DNA from: a plasmid | Direction: 5' to 3' (one strand) | DNA length: 28,293 nucleotides | Sequence record: NZ_CP120882.1 | Translations under genes and position numbers: made by a program | In this document: piece after piece, positions 1 to 7,954 of the stretch | Layout of the letters: each line of letters opens with the position of its first letter | Numbering within the stretch: position 1 is the first letter of the stretch | Notes under the pieces: generated by a model | What the model was told of the DNA's origin: nothing | The model's database searches: none | What the model saw: the letters and a program-made list of their open reading frames with translations, nothing else

Positions 1-1383
1 ATGGCAGGACAAGCGCAACTTGCCTTGTTCGAGCCGGCCGACGAGGCCGGCACCTACCATGACACGGCCAGGACGGGCTTTTTCTCGCTCCTGGTCGCGG
101 TAGGGAAGGACAAGCGGCAGGATTCATACAGGCTCACAGACATGCCCACGATCTTGGGCATGGTCGATCAGACCCGCGACACCTGGCTGACGCAGGCAGA
201 GTTCATGCGCCCTAATCGCCGCGTGGTGAATCTTGCGCGTGTCGGGCTGCTGTTCGCCGACCTGGACACCTACCGGCAGCCGTGGGCCGCCGGCAGGACG
301 CCGGAGCAACTGGCGGCCGCCGTGCTGTACCACTGCGCCCAGGAAGGCATCCCCACGCCCTCGCTGCTGGTCTATAGCGGCCGCGGCATACAAGCCAAGT
401 GGCTGCTGGACGGCACCTTGCCGCGTCAGGCGCTGCCGCGCTGGAACGCCTGCCAGCGGTATCTTGTCGATCGCCTGTCCGGCCTCGGCGCCGACCCCCA
501 GGCCAAGGACGCAAGCCGCGTGCTGCGCCTGGTCAGCACCGTGAATACCAAGAGCGGCGACGTGTGCCGCGTGGTGCATGTCGAGCACGGCCAGGACGGC
601 CAGCCCGTCCGCTACGGTTTCGAGTACCTGGCTGAAATGCTGCTGCCGGTGGCCCGCTGGGACATCGAGCAGCAACGCCGCGACCGTGCCGAACGCCGGC
701 AGCTCAAGCTAGTGCCAGGCGGCAAAGCCGACAACCTGCGCGGCTTCTCCGGCCGGCAGCTCGCATGGGATCGCCTGGAGGACTTGCGCAAGCTGGGCGA
801 GCTGCGCGGCGGCGTCAGGGAAGGCGAGCGGATGCAGCATCTTTTCTGGCGTCTCAATTTCCTGCTGCTGTCCGGTGCCACGCACAGCGGGCAGATGTAC
901 CACGAAGCGGCCGCGCTGGCCGGCGAGCTTGATCCGGCCTGGTCGTATCGCTCCAAGGAGCTGATGACGTTGTACGCCAAGGCGAAAGCCTACGAGGCCG
1001 GCGAGAAGGTGACGCTTGGCGGCCGCGAGTTCGCACCGCTCTACACGCCCAAGAACGACACCCTCATCAGCCTGTTCCAGATCACCGACGACGAGCAGCG
1101 CAAGCTCCGCACGCTTATCAGTGCGGGCATGGCCGCTGAACGCCACAGGGAGCGCGAAGCGGCCCGCCGGCGGGCCGCTGGGGCGGTAGATCGGCAAACC
1201 TACGAAAGCCGCTCCTTGAGCCGGCAGAAGCCTTGGGAAGCCCTCGGCATGAGCCGGGCGAGCTGGTATCGCGCCGGCAAGCCGACCGTGCCGGACAGTG
1301 AGACAGGTTCGTGCGTATTACAGGCCCTGGCGGGCGACCTGGCCAGCATCGCCGGAAGTGACGAGGGCGGCTACGATGCTTGA
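1..1383 (+). CDS. Replication-type protein with an N-terminal primase-polymerase domain (candidate Rep). The reading frame is open from base 1, so the N-terminus could be truncated by the window or could coincide with the plasmid's first base.
   Basis: The 460-aa ORF contains AEP/Prim-Pol-like motifs: LLFADLD (DxD), YSGRGIQAKW (the SGxG nucleotide-binding motif) and RLVSTVNTKSG (the hPGTxNxK-like motif). The C-terminal half is helical and Arg-rich. A GGAAGGGG Shine-Dalgarno-like run ends 2 nt before the window end, which would fit a circular junction onto the ATG at position 1. Confidence 0.55.
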   Translation: MAGQAQLALFEPADEAGTYHDTARTGFFSLLVAVGKDKRQDSYRLTDMPTILGMVDQTRDTWLTQAEFMRPNRRVVNLARVGLLFADLDTYRQPWAAGRTPEQLAAAVLYHCAQEGIPTPSLLVYSGRGIQAKWLLDGTLPRQALPRWNACQRYLVDRLSGLGADPQAKDASRVLRLVSTVNTKSGDVCRVVHVEHGQDGQPVRYGFEYLAEMLLPVARWDIEQQRRDRAERRQLKLVPGGKADNLRGFSGRQLAWDRLEDLRKLGELRGGVREGERMQHLFWRLNFLLLSGATHSGQMYHEAAALAGELDPAWSYRSKELMTLYAKAKAYEAGEKVTLGGREFAPLYTPKNDTLISLFQITDDEQRKLRTLISAGMAAERHREREAARRRAAGAVDRQTYESRSLSRQKPWEALGMSRASWYRAGKPTVPDSETGSCVLQALAGDLASIAGSDEGGYDA

Positions 1384-1617
1384 GACAAGTCCGTGCGTAT
1401 TACTAATGGCGAAGCCTAGCGGCTTGTCCGCCTCGGCCGTAGGCCGGAGTAGCCCCCTGCGTTCATATAACGCGAGTAGCCGGCAAGGGCGGTGGGTAAC
1501 TTGCTTGCAAGTTATCCACGGGCCGCGCAGCGCCGGAACGGCGCGGAGGGGCCGAAGGCCCGGAGTAGCCCGCCGCCCGCAGGGCGGCCCCTTCGTCCAG
1601 CTCGCCGGGGTGTTGTC

Positions 1618-1926
1618 ATGAGCCGCGCCCGTCGAGCTTTCCCGCCTGAGTTGTTGGCGCACCTGCACGCGATGCAGGTAACGGCCGCGCTCGATCTCTT
1701 GGGCCTCTACTGGAAGCACGACCCGGATTTCAAACCGATCAAGGACAAGGCCACGGTGCGGGTGAATGTCGCGCTGGGTGGCGGTGGCGTGGAGCTGCTG
1801 GCGACCGGGCCGAAGTGGTACGACACCCGCGCAGAGAAGGGCGGCGGTGGTGCCATCGACCTTGCCATGCACCTGCTGCGCCTGGACTTCGTTTCAGCCG
1901 TGAAGCGCCTACAGGCCGCGACCTGA
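1618..1926 (+). CDS. Small hypothetical protein downstream of rep (about 102 aa). The ORF track extends it upstream to 1492 through Arg/Pro-rich sequence that is unlikely to be coding.
   Basis: ATG at 1618 follows a GC-rich intergenic region. It has Gly-run motifs (GGGGVELL, EKGGGGAID). The stop codon lies 1 bp before a KorB operator, which is followed by a hairpin terminator. Confidence 0.4.
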   Translation: MSRARRAFPPELLAHLHAMQVTAALDLLGLYWKHDPDFKPIKDKATVRVNVALGGGGVELLATGPKWYDTRAEKGGGGAIDLAMHLLRLDFVSAVKRLQAAT

Positions 1927-1927
1927 T

Positions 1928-1940
1928 TTTTAGCCGCTAA
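1928..1940. promoter_or_regulatory. KorB operator (OB): TTTAGCCGCTAAA
   Basis: Exact match to the 13-bp IncP-1 OB consensus TTTAGC(G/C)GCTAAA, immediately after the stop of the 1618..1926 ORF. Confidence 0.7.
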
Positions 1941-1956
1941 ATCTGACGCCAAGGGA

Positions 1957-1987
1957 AAGCCAGGCCGGCCGTGGTCTGGCTTTTTTC
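1957..1987 (+). terminator. Rho-independent terminator hairpin followed by a T-run
   Basis: Stem agccaggcc / ggtctggct, followed by ttttttcgttt. Confidence 0.5.
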
Positions 1988-2045
1988 GTTTGCGCCGGAG
2001 ATCGGCCGCGTAGAAACGCCCAGGACGGGGACGTCTCAGAAAACG

Positions 2046-2305
2046 GAAAATAAAGTACGTTAAGCCATTGGCATGGCCACCGCTCTCGCAAACGATCATT
2101 TTCAAGAAGCCACCGTGAGAATGCGGGCCGCGCCAGTGCTGGCCTTGTCCGTCCCGTTCTCGAAAACCGCTCTCGAATCGAGCCGCCGAGACTGCCGAGT
2201 TTCGAGAACAGCCGAAACGCCGCTTCCAGCGGCAGACGCCACACGCAAAGCCGCGCCGTTGCTGGATCGAGCATTCCTTAGCGTGCTTTAAATTCCGTTT
2301 TCTGA
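2046..2305. repeat. 260-bp segment bounded by perfect 13-bp inverted repeats TCAGAAAACGGAA / TTCCGTTTTCTGA. A 9-bp direct repeat CCCAGGACG lies just outside each end.
   Basis: The inverted repeats are at 2046-2058 and 2293-2305. The direct repeats are at 2029-2037 and 2312-2320. An inner inverted repeat GTTCTCGAAAAC / GTTTCGAGAAC is also present. Confidence 0.4.
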
Positions 2306-2468
2306 ATCGACCCCAGGACGCCCGAAACCGGGCGAGGGTAGGGGATAGGTGCCGCCAACCCCGGAAAACGCCGCCACGGCCCGCCCAGGCCCGAATTTCG
2401 ACCCCCGACGCGCTCCCGGCCGGGATGACCCAGGCCATGCGGAAAATAATGGCTTGCATAATAATAAG

Positions 2469-2489
2469 AATAAGAATATTATTCTTATT
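2469..2489. promoter_or_regulatory. AT-rich palindromic operator in the kfrA promoter: AATAAGAAT-ATT-ATTCTTATT
   Basis: 9-bp perfect inverted repeat inside a 40-bp AT-rich island, 25 bp upstream of the kfrA start. IncP-1 kfrA is known to be autoregulated through an inverted repeat in its promoter. Confidence 0.5.
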
Positions 2490-2513
2490 ATCTTATCCAC
2501 CGGAGCCGATGCC

Positions 2514-3455
2514 ATGACACCGCAAGCCCCCCAAATCCCCGCCGACGTGCGCGAGCGCATCATTGCCGCCGCCACTGATCTTTTCGAGCAGTCGGGCCGC
2601 GAGACGATGCCCACGGTCGATGCGGTGCGCCGGGCCGCCCGCGTGGATATGAATGCAGCCAGTGCCGTGATGAAGGAATGGCGCAGGGCGCAGACTGCCC
2701 AGGCCGCCCCGGTGGCCGTGGCGGTGCCGGAGGTTGTGCAGCAGGCCAGCAGCGCCGCCGTGGCGACGATCTGGCAGCAGGCCCAGGAGCTGGCGAACGA
2801 ATCCCTACGCAGCGCACAGGCCGCATGGGAAACCGAGCGGGCCGAGCTGGACGCGATGCGGCAGGAGCTGGCCGAGGCTTTCGAGCGCCAGGCCGGCGAG
2901 TTGGACGCGACCACGGCCGAGCTGGCCGCCGAGAAGGCCGCCACCGAAAAGCTGGCCCAGGAACTTGCCGCCGTTCGTCAAGAGCTGGGCGCAGCACAGG
3001 AACAGGCGCACACCGCCGAGGCCCGCGCCCAGGAGATCGAGCGCCGGGCCGACGAGCTGCGCACGGAACTGGACAGGGCGCACCAGGACGCCGACCAGGC
3101 ACGCGGGGCACTGGCCGAACAGCAGAAGGCCAGCCAGGCGGCCGCCGCTCAACTCGACCAGGTGCGCGCCGAGCTGGTGAAGGTGCAGGCCAAGGCCGAG
3201 GCCAACGAGGAAGCGCACCAAGAACAGCGCAAGACCGCAGCGGGCGAGGCGCACCGCATGGCCGAACGCCTCACCGCCGCCCAGGCCGAGCGCGACCAGG
3301 CCACGAAGGCGGCTGCACAGGCACGCGAAGAAGCCGCTCGCCTGGCCGGGCAGCTCGACACGCTCAAGGAGCAATCGGCCGCGCTGTTGGCCCGCATCAC
3401 ACCGCCGGCGGCCGAGGCGAAGCCCGCGACCAGGAAGAAGCCAGGCGGCGAGTGA
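2514..3455 (+). CDS. kfrA: KfrA-like alanine-rich coiled-coil DNA-binding protein
   Basis: N-terminus MTPQAPQIPADVRERIIAAATDLFEQSGRE is the HTH-like segment. A long Ala/Glu/Gln-rich heptad coiled coil follows, typical of IncP-1 KfrA. GGAG ribosome-binding site 8 nt upstream. The ORF track's upstream extension to 2349 is ignored. Confidence 0.8.
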   Translation: MTPQAPQIPADVRERIIAAATDLFEQSGRETMPTVDAVRRAARVDMNAASAVMKEWRRAQTAQAAPVAVAVPEVVQQASSAAVATIWQQAQELANESLRSAQAAWETERAELDAMRQELAEAFERQAGELDATTAELAAEKAATEKLAQELAAVRQELGAAQEQAHTAEARAQEIERRADELRTELDRAHQDADQARGALAEQQKASQAAAAQLDQVRAELVKVQAKAEANEEAHQEQRKTAAGEAHRMAERLTAAQAERDQATKAAAQAREEAARLAGQLDTLKEQSAALLARITPPAAEAKPATRKKPGGE

Positions 3456-3464
3456 CCGGCCCCC

Positions 3465-3627
3465 AGGGGGGGGCGATTTCACGAACTCAGGGGGAGGCCC
3501 GGATATTGACACTTGAGGGGCGCGGGCCTGCCTCTAGCGGCCAGGTTTGGCCGTCCTGATCTGTTGGCCGGTGGGAGGCGCAGGGGGGGGCGATTTCACG
3601 TCATGGGGTTATTGACACTTGAGGGGC
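3465..3627. repeat. Two direct repeats of about 50 bp (3465-3521 and 3581-3627), each with the motifs CAGGGGGGGGCGATTTCACG and ATTGACACTTGAGGGGC
   Basis: Found by direct sequence comparison. Repeat spacing is about 116 bp. The repeats lie between the kfrA stop and the traK stop. Confidence 0.6.
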
Positions 3628-3673
3628 CGGCCGACTGTCTCCCTTTGGCGTTCATCCACCCATCAGGGGCGGC

Positions 3674-4102
3674 TTACAGCAAGTCCTCTTTGTTCAGCGT
3701 TGGGTTGAAATTGAAGCTGGGAATCTTCCCGGCTTGCTCGCTGGCAGGGCTGGCCGGAGCTGGTACGGCCGGCTTTGGCGTGACGGCTGGAACGGTGGTC
3801 GGCGAGTCGCTGGCCGACCTGGTGGCGGCCTTCGGTGTCGGCGGCGCGGTGTCGGCCGGCGCTGCCTTGATGAACCGCTGGACGTGCCGGCGGAACGTCT
3901 CATAGCTGGTTTTCACCCGGCCGGTTTCGTGCATGTGATCGTAGATCGTCGTCAGCGCGTAACCGGCTTCCATTGCCTCGACCACATCCCCGCGCACCGC
4001 CAGAAACGCTACTGCCGCCGTGTCCTGGCGGCGCTTCTTCTCGGCCTTCTGATTGGCCCAGGCAGCAAGTTCATCGGTGTATCGGGTTCCCATCGGAATC
4101 AT
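3674..4102 (-). CDS. traK: oriT-binding relaxosome protein TraK
   Basis: 142 aa. Motifs YTDELAAWANQKAEKKRRQDTAAVAFLAVRGDV and the C-terminal FNFNPTLNKEDLL match the IncP TraK family as I recall it. The gene is divergent from traJ across oriT. The start could be the ATG at 4102 or the one at 4093. Confidence 0.75.
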   Translation of the reverse strand: MIPMGTRYTDELAAWANQKAEKKRRQDTAAVAFLAVRGDVVEAMEAGYALTTIYDHMHETGRVKTSYETFRRHVQRFIKAAPADTAPPTPKAATRSASDSPTTVPAVTPKPAVPAPASPASEQAGKIPSFNFNPTLNKEDLL

Positions 4103-4444
4103 TCCAGTTCATGAAATGTGTGCGGTCTAATGCGTGTAAAGCAGTAGGAAACTGCGTGGAAATTGGTAGTAAATCGTTGTTTGTTCGTGGATTCCATTGC
4201 ATTTTGCCCTACTGCACGCCAATACACCATTTTCCTTGCGAAAAACAATGCAATCCTACTGAACCGCTGTATAGTTTCCTTATCTAATGCAATGCTGAAT
4301 AGAGGGCAGGATGTGTGAAGTAGGCCCACCATGCAAGCATGGTGATCCTCTTCACTTCCCCTTATTCGCGCCTGCGGCGCTCAACGGGGCATCCTGCCCT
4401 GCGGGGCCAGCCGGCGGCCGCCGGCAACGACAGAGGACGCCAAG
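4103..4444. other. oriT: IncP-type origin of transfer (oriT) between traK and traJ
   Basis: 4304-4402 reads GGGCAGGATGTGTGAAGTAGGCCCACC...GGTGATCCTCTTCACTTCCCCTTATTCGCGCCTGCGGCGCTCAACGGGGCATCCTGCCC, which aligns with the RK2/RP4 oriT core (the imperfect 19-bp inverted repeat plus the ATCCTG|CCC nick motif). By analogy the nick lies on the minus strand opposite 4306/4307. A second ATCCTGCCC motif is on the plus strand at 4391-4399. The traK-proximal side (4110-4300) is AT-richer, like the TraK-binding region in RP4. Confidence 0.7.
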
Positions 4445-4822
4445 ATGGAGGCCAACGAGAACAAGGTAACGAGGAAGGGCAGTACGCCCATCAAGGTCTA
4501 TTGCCTGCCGGACGAACGGGCCGCCATCGAGGCCAACGCCCAAGCCGCCGGCATGAGCACGTCCGCCTACCTGCTGGCGGTCGGCCAGGGCTACCAGGTC
4601 AAAGGCGTGACCGACTTCGAGAACGTGCGCGACCTGGTGCGCGTGAATGGCGACCTCGGCCGGCTGGGTGGCCTGCTCAAGCTCTGGCTGACCGACGACC
4701 CGCGCACGGCTCGCTTCGGCGATGACACCATCCGGGCGCTGCTGGCCCGGATCGAGGCAACCCAGGACAAGATCAGCACCATCGCGGAAAGCGTGGTGCG
4801 GCCGCGAGGCGGGCAATCGTGA
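4445..4822 (+). CDS. traJ: Relaxosome accessory protein TraJ (binds the oriT inverted repeat)
   Basis: 125 aa. The segment KGSTPIKVYCLPDERAAIEANAQAAGMSTSAYLLAVGQGYQVKGV...GDLGRLGGLLKLWLTDDPRTARFGD is collinear with RP4 TraJ. Confidence 0.85.
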   Translation: MEANENKVTRKGSTPIKVYCLPDERAAIEANAQAAGMSTSAYLLAVGQGYQVKGVTDFENVRDLVRVNGDLGRLGGLLKLWLTDDPRTARFGDDTIRALLARIEATQDKISTIAESVVRPRGGQS

Positions 4823-6648
4823 TCGCCAAGCACGTGCCCATGCGCTCGCTGGGCAAGTCCGACTTCGCCGGCCTGGTGCGGTACGTCACCGACGCGCAGA
4901 GCAAAGACCACCGGCTGGGCCAGGTGCAGGTCACGAACTGCGCCGCCGACACCGTGCGCGATGCCATCACCGAGGTGCTGGCGACCCAGCAGGCCAACAC
5001 GCGGGCTAAGGGTGACAAGACCTATCACCTGATCGTCAGCTTTCGCGCCGGCGAGCAGCCGAGCGCCGATACCCTGCGGCAGATCGAGGCCCGCATCTGC
5101 GACGGGCTGGGCCTGGGCGAGCATCAGCGCGTCAGCGCCGTGCATAACGACACCGACAACCTGCACATCCACATCGCCATCAACAAGATTCACCCGACCA
5201 GGGGCACGATGCAGGAGCCGTACTACTCGCATCGGGCGCTGGCTGACCTCTGCGCGACCCTGGAACGCGACTACGGCCTGGAGCGGGACAACCACGAACC
5301 ACGCCAGCGCGGCGCGGCCGCCAGGGCCGGCGACCTGGAACAGCACGCCGGCGTGGAAAGCCTGGTCGGCTGGATCAAGCGCGAGTGCCTGGACGAGATC
5401 AAGGGCGCGGCGAGCTGGGCCGAGCTGCACCAGGTCATGCGCGATAACGGCCTGGCGCTGCGCGCACGCGGTAACGGCCTAGTCATCGAGGCCGGCGACG
5501 GCACGATCATCAAGGCCAGCACCTTGGCCCGCGACCTGTCCAAGCCCGCCCTGGAAAAGCGGCTTGGCACGTTCGAGGCGTCGCCCGAGCGCCAGGCCGC
5601 GCCGGCACAGCGCAACTACCAGAAGGGCCGGCCGATGCGTCTGCGCGGCGGCCTGGACACGACCGAGCTTTACGCCCGGTACAAGGGCGCACAGCAGACC
5701 CTCACGGCCGCCAGGGCCGGCGTGCTGGCCGAGGCGAAGCGCCGGAAGGATCGGGCCATCGAGCACGCCAAGAAGGCGGCGGCCACCCGGCGGGCGGCCA
5801 TCAAGCACCTGACCGATGGCCGGCTGACCAAGAAGCTGCTGTATGCCCAGGCCAGCGCCGCGCTGCGGGCCGACCTGGATGCGATCCACAAGCGCCACGA
5901 CCAGGAGCGGGCGGCGATCTACAACGAGCACCGCCGGCGGCCGTGGGCCGACTGGCTCAAGCAGCAGGCAACGGCCGGCGACGGCCAGGCGCTCGATGCG
6001 CTACGCGCCCGCGAGGCGGCCCAGGGCCTCAAGGGCGACACCATCCAGGGCGACGGCCAGGCGAAGCCCGGCCATGCCCCGGTGATCGACAGCATCACGA
6101 AGAAGGGCACGATCATCTACCGCGCCGGCAGCTCGGCCGTGCGCGATGACGGCGAGCGCCTGGCCGTGTCCAGCCAGGCCGACCGCGCCGGCGTGGCGGC
6201 GGCGCTGCGCCTGGCAATGGAACGCTACGGCGAGCGCATCACTGTCAGCGGCAGCGTGGAGTTCAAGGCCGCCGTGATCCGGGCGGCCGTCGATGCCCAG
6301 CTCCCCATCACCTTCGCCGATCCGGCACTGGAAAGCCGGCGGCAGGCCGAGGCCACCAAGGCCCAGGCCAAGCGCCGGCCAGGTGTGCCCCCTGTCGGCC
6401 AGGAGCCGCCGCCACATCGCCGGCACGGCCTGCGCACGTTGGGCCAGCTCGACGGGCTGCACATCGAGGGCGAAGCCCAGCGGCCGGCACAAGCGCCGAC
6501 CCAGGCCACCCCGACACCGCCGCCGGCCAAAGTGCAGCAGCCGGCCAGGCCCGCGCTGTCCGAGCTGGAACAGCGCGAGGCGCGGCTACGGGCGCAGATG
6601 GAAGCCAAGAAGGCGAAACGCCAGGAGGGCAAGAAGCGCGGGCGATGA
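4819..6648 (+). CDS. traI: IncP-type relaxase TraI, MOB-P family. At 609 aa it is shorter than the roughly 730-aa RP4/R751 TraI.
   Basis: GTG start overlaps the traJ stop as GTGA. N-terminus MIAKHVPMRS. The catalytic tyrosine region is LVRYVTD. The histidine triad HNDTDNLHIHIAINKI and the conserved GTIIYRAGSSAVRDDGERL block are present. The C-terminus ends in a Lys/Arg-rich tail right before an EcoRI site and the junction with trb. Confidence 0.85.
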   Translation: MIAKHVPMRSLGKSDFAGLVRYVTDAQSKDHRLGQVQVTNCAADTVRDAITEVLATQQANTRAKGDKTYHLIVSFRAGEQPSADTLRQIEARICDGLGLGEHQRVSAVHNDTDNLHIHIAINKIHPTRGTMQEPYYSHRALADLCATLERDYGLERDNHEPRQRGAAARAGDLEQHAGVESLVGWIKRECLDEIKGAASWAELHQVMRDNGLALRARGNGLVIEAGDGTIIKASTLARDLSKPALEKRLGTFEASPERQAAPAQRNYQKGRPMRLRGGLDTTELYARYKGAQQTLTAARAGVLAEAKRRKDRAIEHAKKAAATRRAAIKHLTDGRLTKKLLYAQASAALRADLDAIHKRHDQERAAIYNEHRRRPWADWLKQQATAGDGQALDALRAREAAQGLKGDTIQGDGQAKPGHAPVIDSITKKGTIIYRAGSSAVRDDGERLAVSSQADRAGVAAALRLAMERYGERITVSGSVEFKAAVIRAAVDAQLPITFADPALESRRQAEATKAQAKRRPGVPPVGQEPPPHRRHGLRTLGQLDGLHIEGEAQRPAQAPTQATPTPPPAKVQQPARPALSELEQREARLRAQMEAKKAKRQEGKKRGR

Positions 6649-6670
6649 CGCTTGCGAATTCTCGGATGTT

Positions 6671-6720
6671 CGATTAGCATCCGAGTTAGAAGCTAGAAGC
6701 TATATAGCAGCTAGTTAGCT
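6671..6720. repeat. Hairpin (ctcggatg...catccgag) followed by a cluster of TAGAAGCTAGAAGCTATATAGCAGCTAG repeats, related to the repeats flanking the parA/parG locus
   Basis: TAGCAGCTAG at 6704-6713 is identical to the motifs at 26738-26747 and 27707-27716. AGAAGCTAGA is the reverse complement of the TCTAGCTTCT repeats at 26688-26723. Confidence 0.5.
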
Positions 6721-6886
6721 TACACCGATGTTCAACAAAAATGGCCGGGCGCAACGGTGTCGCTCAGGTCGGGTACCGGGACAACGATTCGGCGTGTTGT
6801 CTCTGTGATGGCCCAACGCCGCCAGTTTGCCGAAAAGGCAGCAGGCCGGCGCAGCGCAGCCGCTCATCACATCGAGGTACTCGACC

Positions 6887-7672
6887 ATGAAACACGTCCG
6901 CCTTTTAGCGGCTAAAACCGCGCTCGCCGCTGCCCTGGCCGGCAGCATCATCATCACCCCGGCGCAGGCCGGCATTCCCGTCATCGACGGCGGGAACCTG
7001 GTGCAGAACGTCATGACGGCCATCGAGTCAGTGGCGCAGACGCTCAAGCAGATCGAGCAGTACCAGACCCAATTGCAGCAGTACGAGAACATGCTGCAAA
7101 ACACGATGGCCCCAGCGGCCTACATCTGGGATCAGGCGCAGTCCACCATCAACGGGCTGATGAATGCCGTCAACACGCTGGACTACTACAGGAACCAGCT
7201 CGGCAGTCTCGACGCCTACCTGGGCAAGTTCCAGGACGTGAGCTACTACCGCAGCTCGCCGTGCTTCTCGGCCGCCGGGTGCTCGGATGCCGAGCGCGCC
7301 GCGATGGAGCAAAACCGCCGCCTGGCGAGCGAGAGCCAGAAGAAGGCGAACGACGCGCTGTTCAAGGGTCTGGAGCAGCAGCAGCGCAACCTGACCGCCG
7401 ACGCTCGCCAGCTCGAACGGCTCCAGTCCGCTGCGCAGGGAGCGACCGGGCAGATGCAGGCCATCGGCTTCGCCAATCAGCTCGCTGCCAACCAAGCAAA
7501 CCAGCTTCTGCAAATCCGTGGCCTGCTGATCGCGCAGCAGAACGCCGCGACCGCCAGGATGCAGGCGCAGGCCGACCTTGAGGCGCAGCAGCAGGCCGCC
7601 GGCGCGACTTCCAGGGAATCCAGGATCGAGCGCACGGCAAGCCCGAGAAACTGGCTCGAACTGACCCGCTGA
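6887..7672 (+). CDS. trbJ: VirB5-like mating-pair-formation protein TrbJ
   Basis: Signal peptide MKHVRLLAAKTALAAALAGSIIITPAQAG. The block GIPVIDGGNLVQNVMTAIESVAQTLKQIEQYQTQLQQYENMLQNT is collinear with IncP-1 TrbJ. The ORF track's TTG start at 6827 is rejected in favour of the ATG at 6887, which has a GAGGT ribosome-binding site. Confidence 0.8.
   Translation: MKHVRLLAAKTALAAALAGSIIITPAQAGIPVIDGGNLVQNVMTAIESVAQTLKQIEQYQTQLQQYENMLQNTMAPAAYIWDQAQSTINGLMNAVNTLDYYRNQLGSLDAYLGKFQDVSYYRSSPCFSAAGCSDAERAAMEQNRRLASESQKKANDALFKGLEQQQRNLTADARQLERLQSAAQGATGQMQAIGFANQLAANQANQLLQIRGLLIAQQNAATARMQAQADLEAQQQAAGATSRESRIERTASPRNWLELTR
6904..6916. promoter_or_regulatory. KorB operator (OB): TTTAGCGGCTAAA, inside the first codons of trbJ
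   Basis: Exact OB consensus. It encodes RLLAAKT of the TrbJ signal peptide. Confidence 0.7.
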
Positions 7673-7687
7673 CGGAGGCCCTGCACC

Positions 7688-7954
7688 ATGAAGAAAACGA
7701 TGCTGCTTGCCGGCCTCGTGGTGGTGCTGGTGGCTGGCTGCGACAACAAGCCGGCCATCCCGCCCATGCCCGAGGTCAATGACACCAATTGCCAGATCGA
7801 GGCGATCAAGAAGATCGAGGACAGGGCCACGCGCGAGAAATTCGCCGGGCTGTGCTCGCGTCGGTCGCCGGCCGCCGGCGGCATCGCGCCGACCGAGAAG
7901 CCCATGAACTGGCTCGAACTGGCCGACCCGAAAGACCAGGAGGCGAAGCCATGA
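7688..7954 (+). CDS. trbK: Entry-exclusion lipoprotein TrbK
   Basis: 88 aa. Lipoprotein signal MKKTMLLAGLVVVLVAGC with lipobox LVAGC. Its position between trbJ and trbL matches IncP-1. Confidence 0.65.
   Translation: MKKTMLLAGLVVVLVAGCDNKPAIPPMPEVNDTNCQIEAIKKIEDRATREKFAGLCSRRSPAAGGIAPTEKPMNWLELADPKDQEAKP

Noticed and set aside
2073-2291. 72-aa ORF inside the inverted-repeat-bounded 260-bp segment
   Set aside because: No ribosome-binding site. The composition is Ala/Arg-rich and it is bounded exactly by the inverted repeats, so it is more likely an open frame of a structured or non-coding element. It is reported under findings, not as a CDS.
2560-3559. Long Arg/Pro/Gly-rich ORFs (2560..3111 minus, 2678..3559 plus, 2734..3180 plus, 2805..3512 minus) overlapping kfrA
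   Set aside because: They are alternative frames of a GC-rich, Ala-codon-rich gene. Their composition (runs of R, P and G) is typical of non-coding frames. kfrA in its own frame has the expected coiled-coil sequence and a ribosome-binding site.
6293-6718. 141-aa Arg-rich ORF overlapping the traI 3' end and running through the EcoRI site
   Set aside because: Composition (PRPPRPRP, RRRNARRARS) is typical of an off-frame GC-rich translation. TraH-like acidic character is absent.
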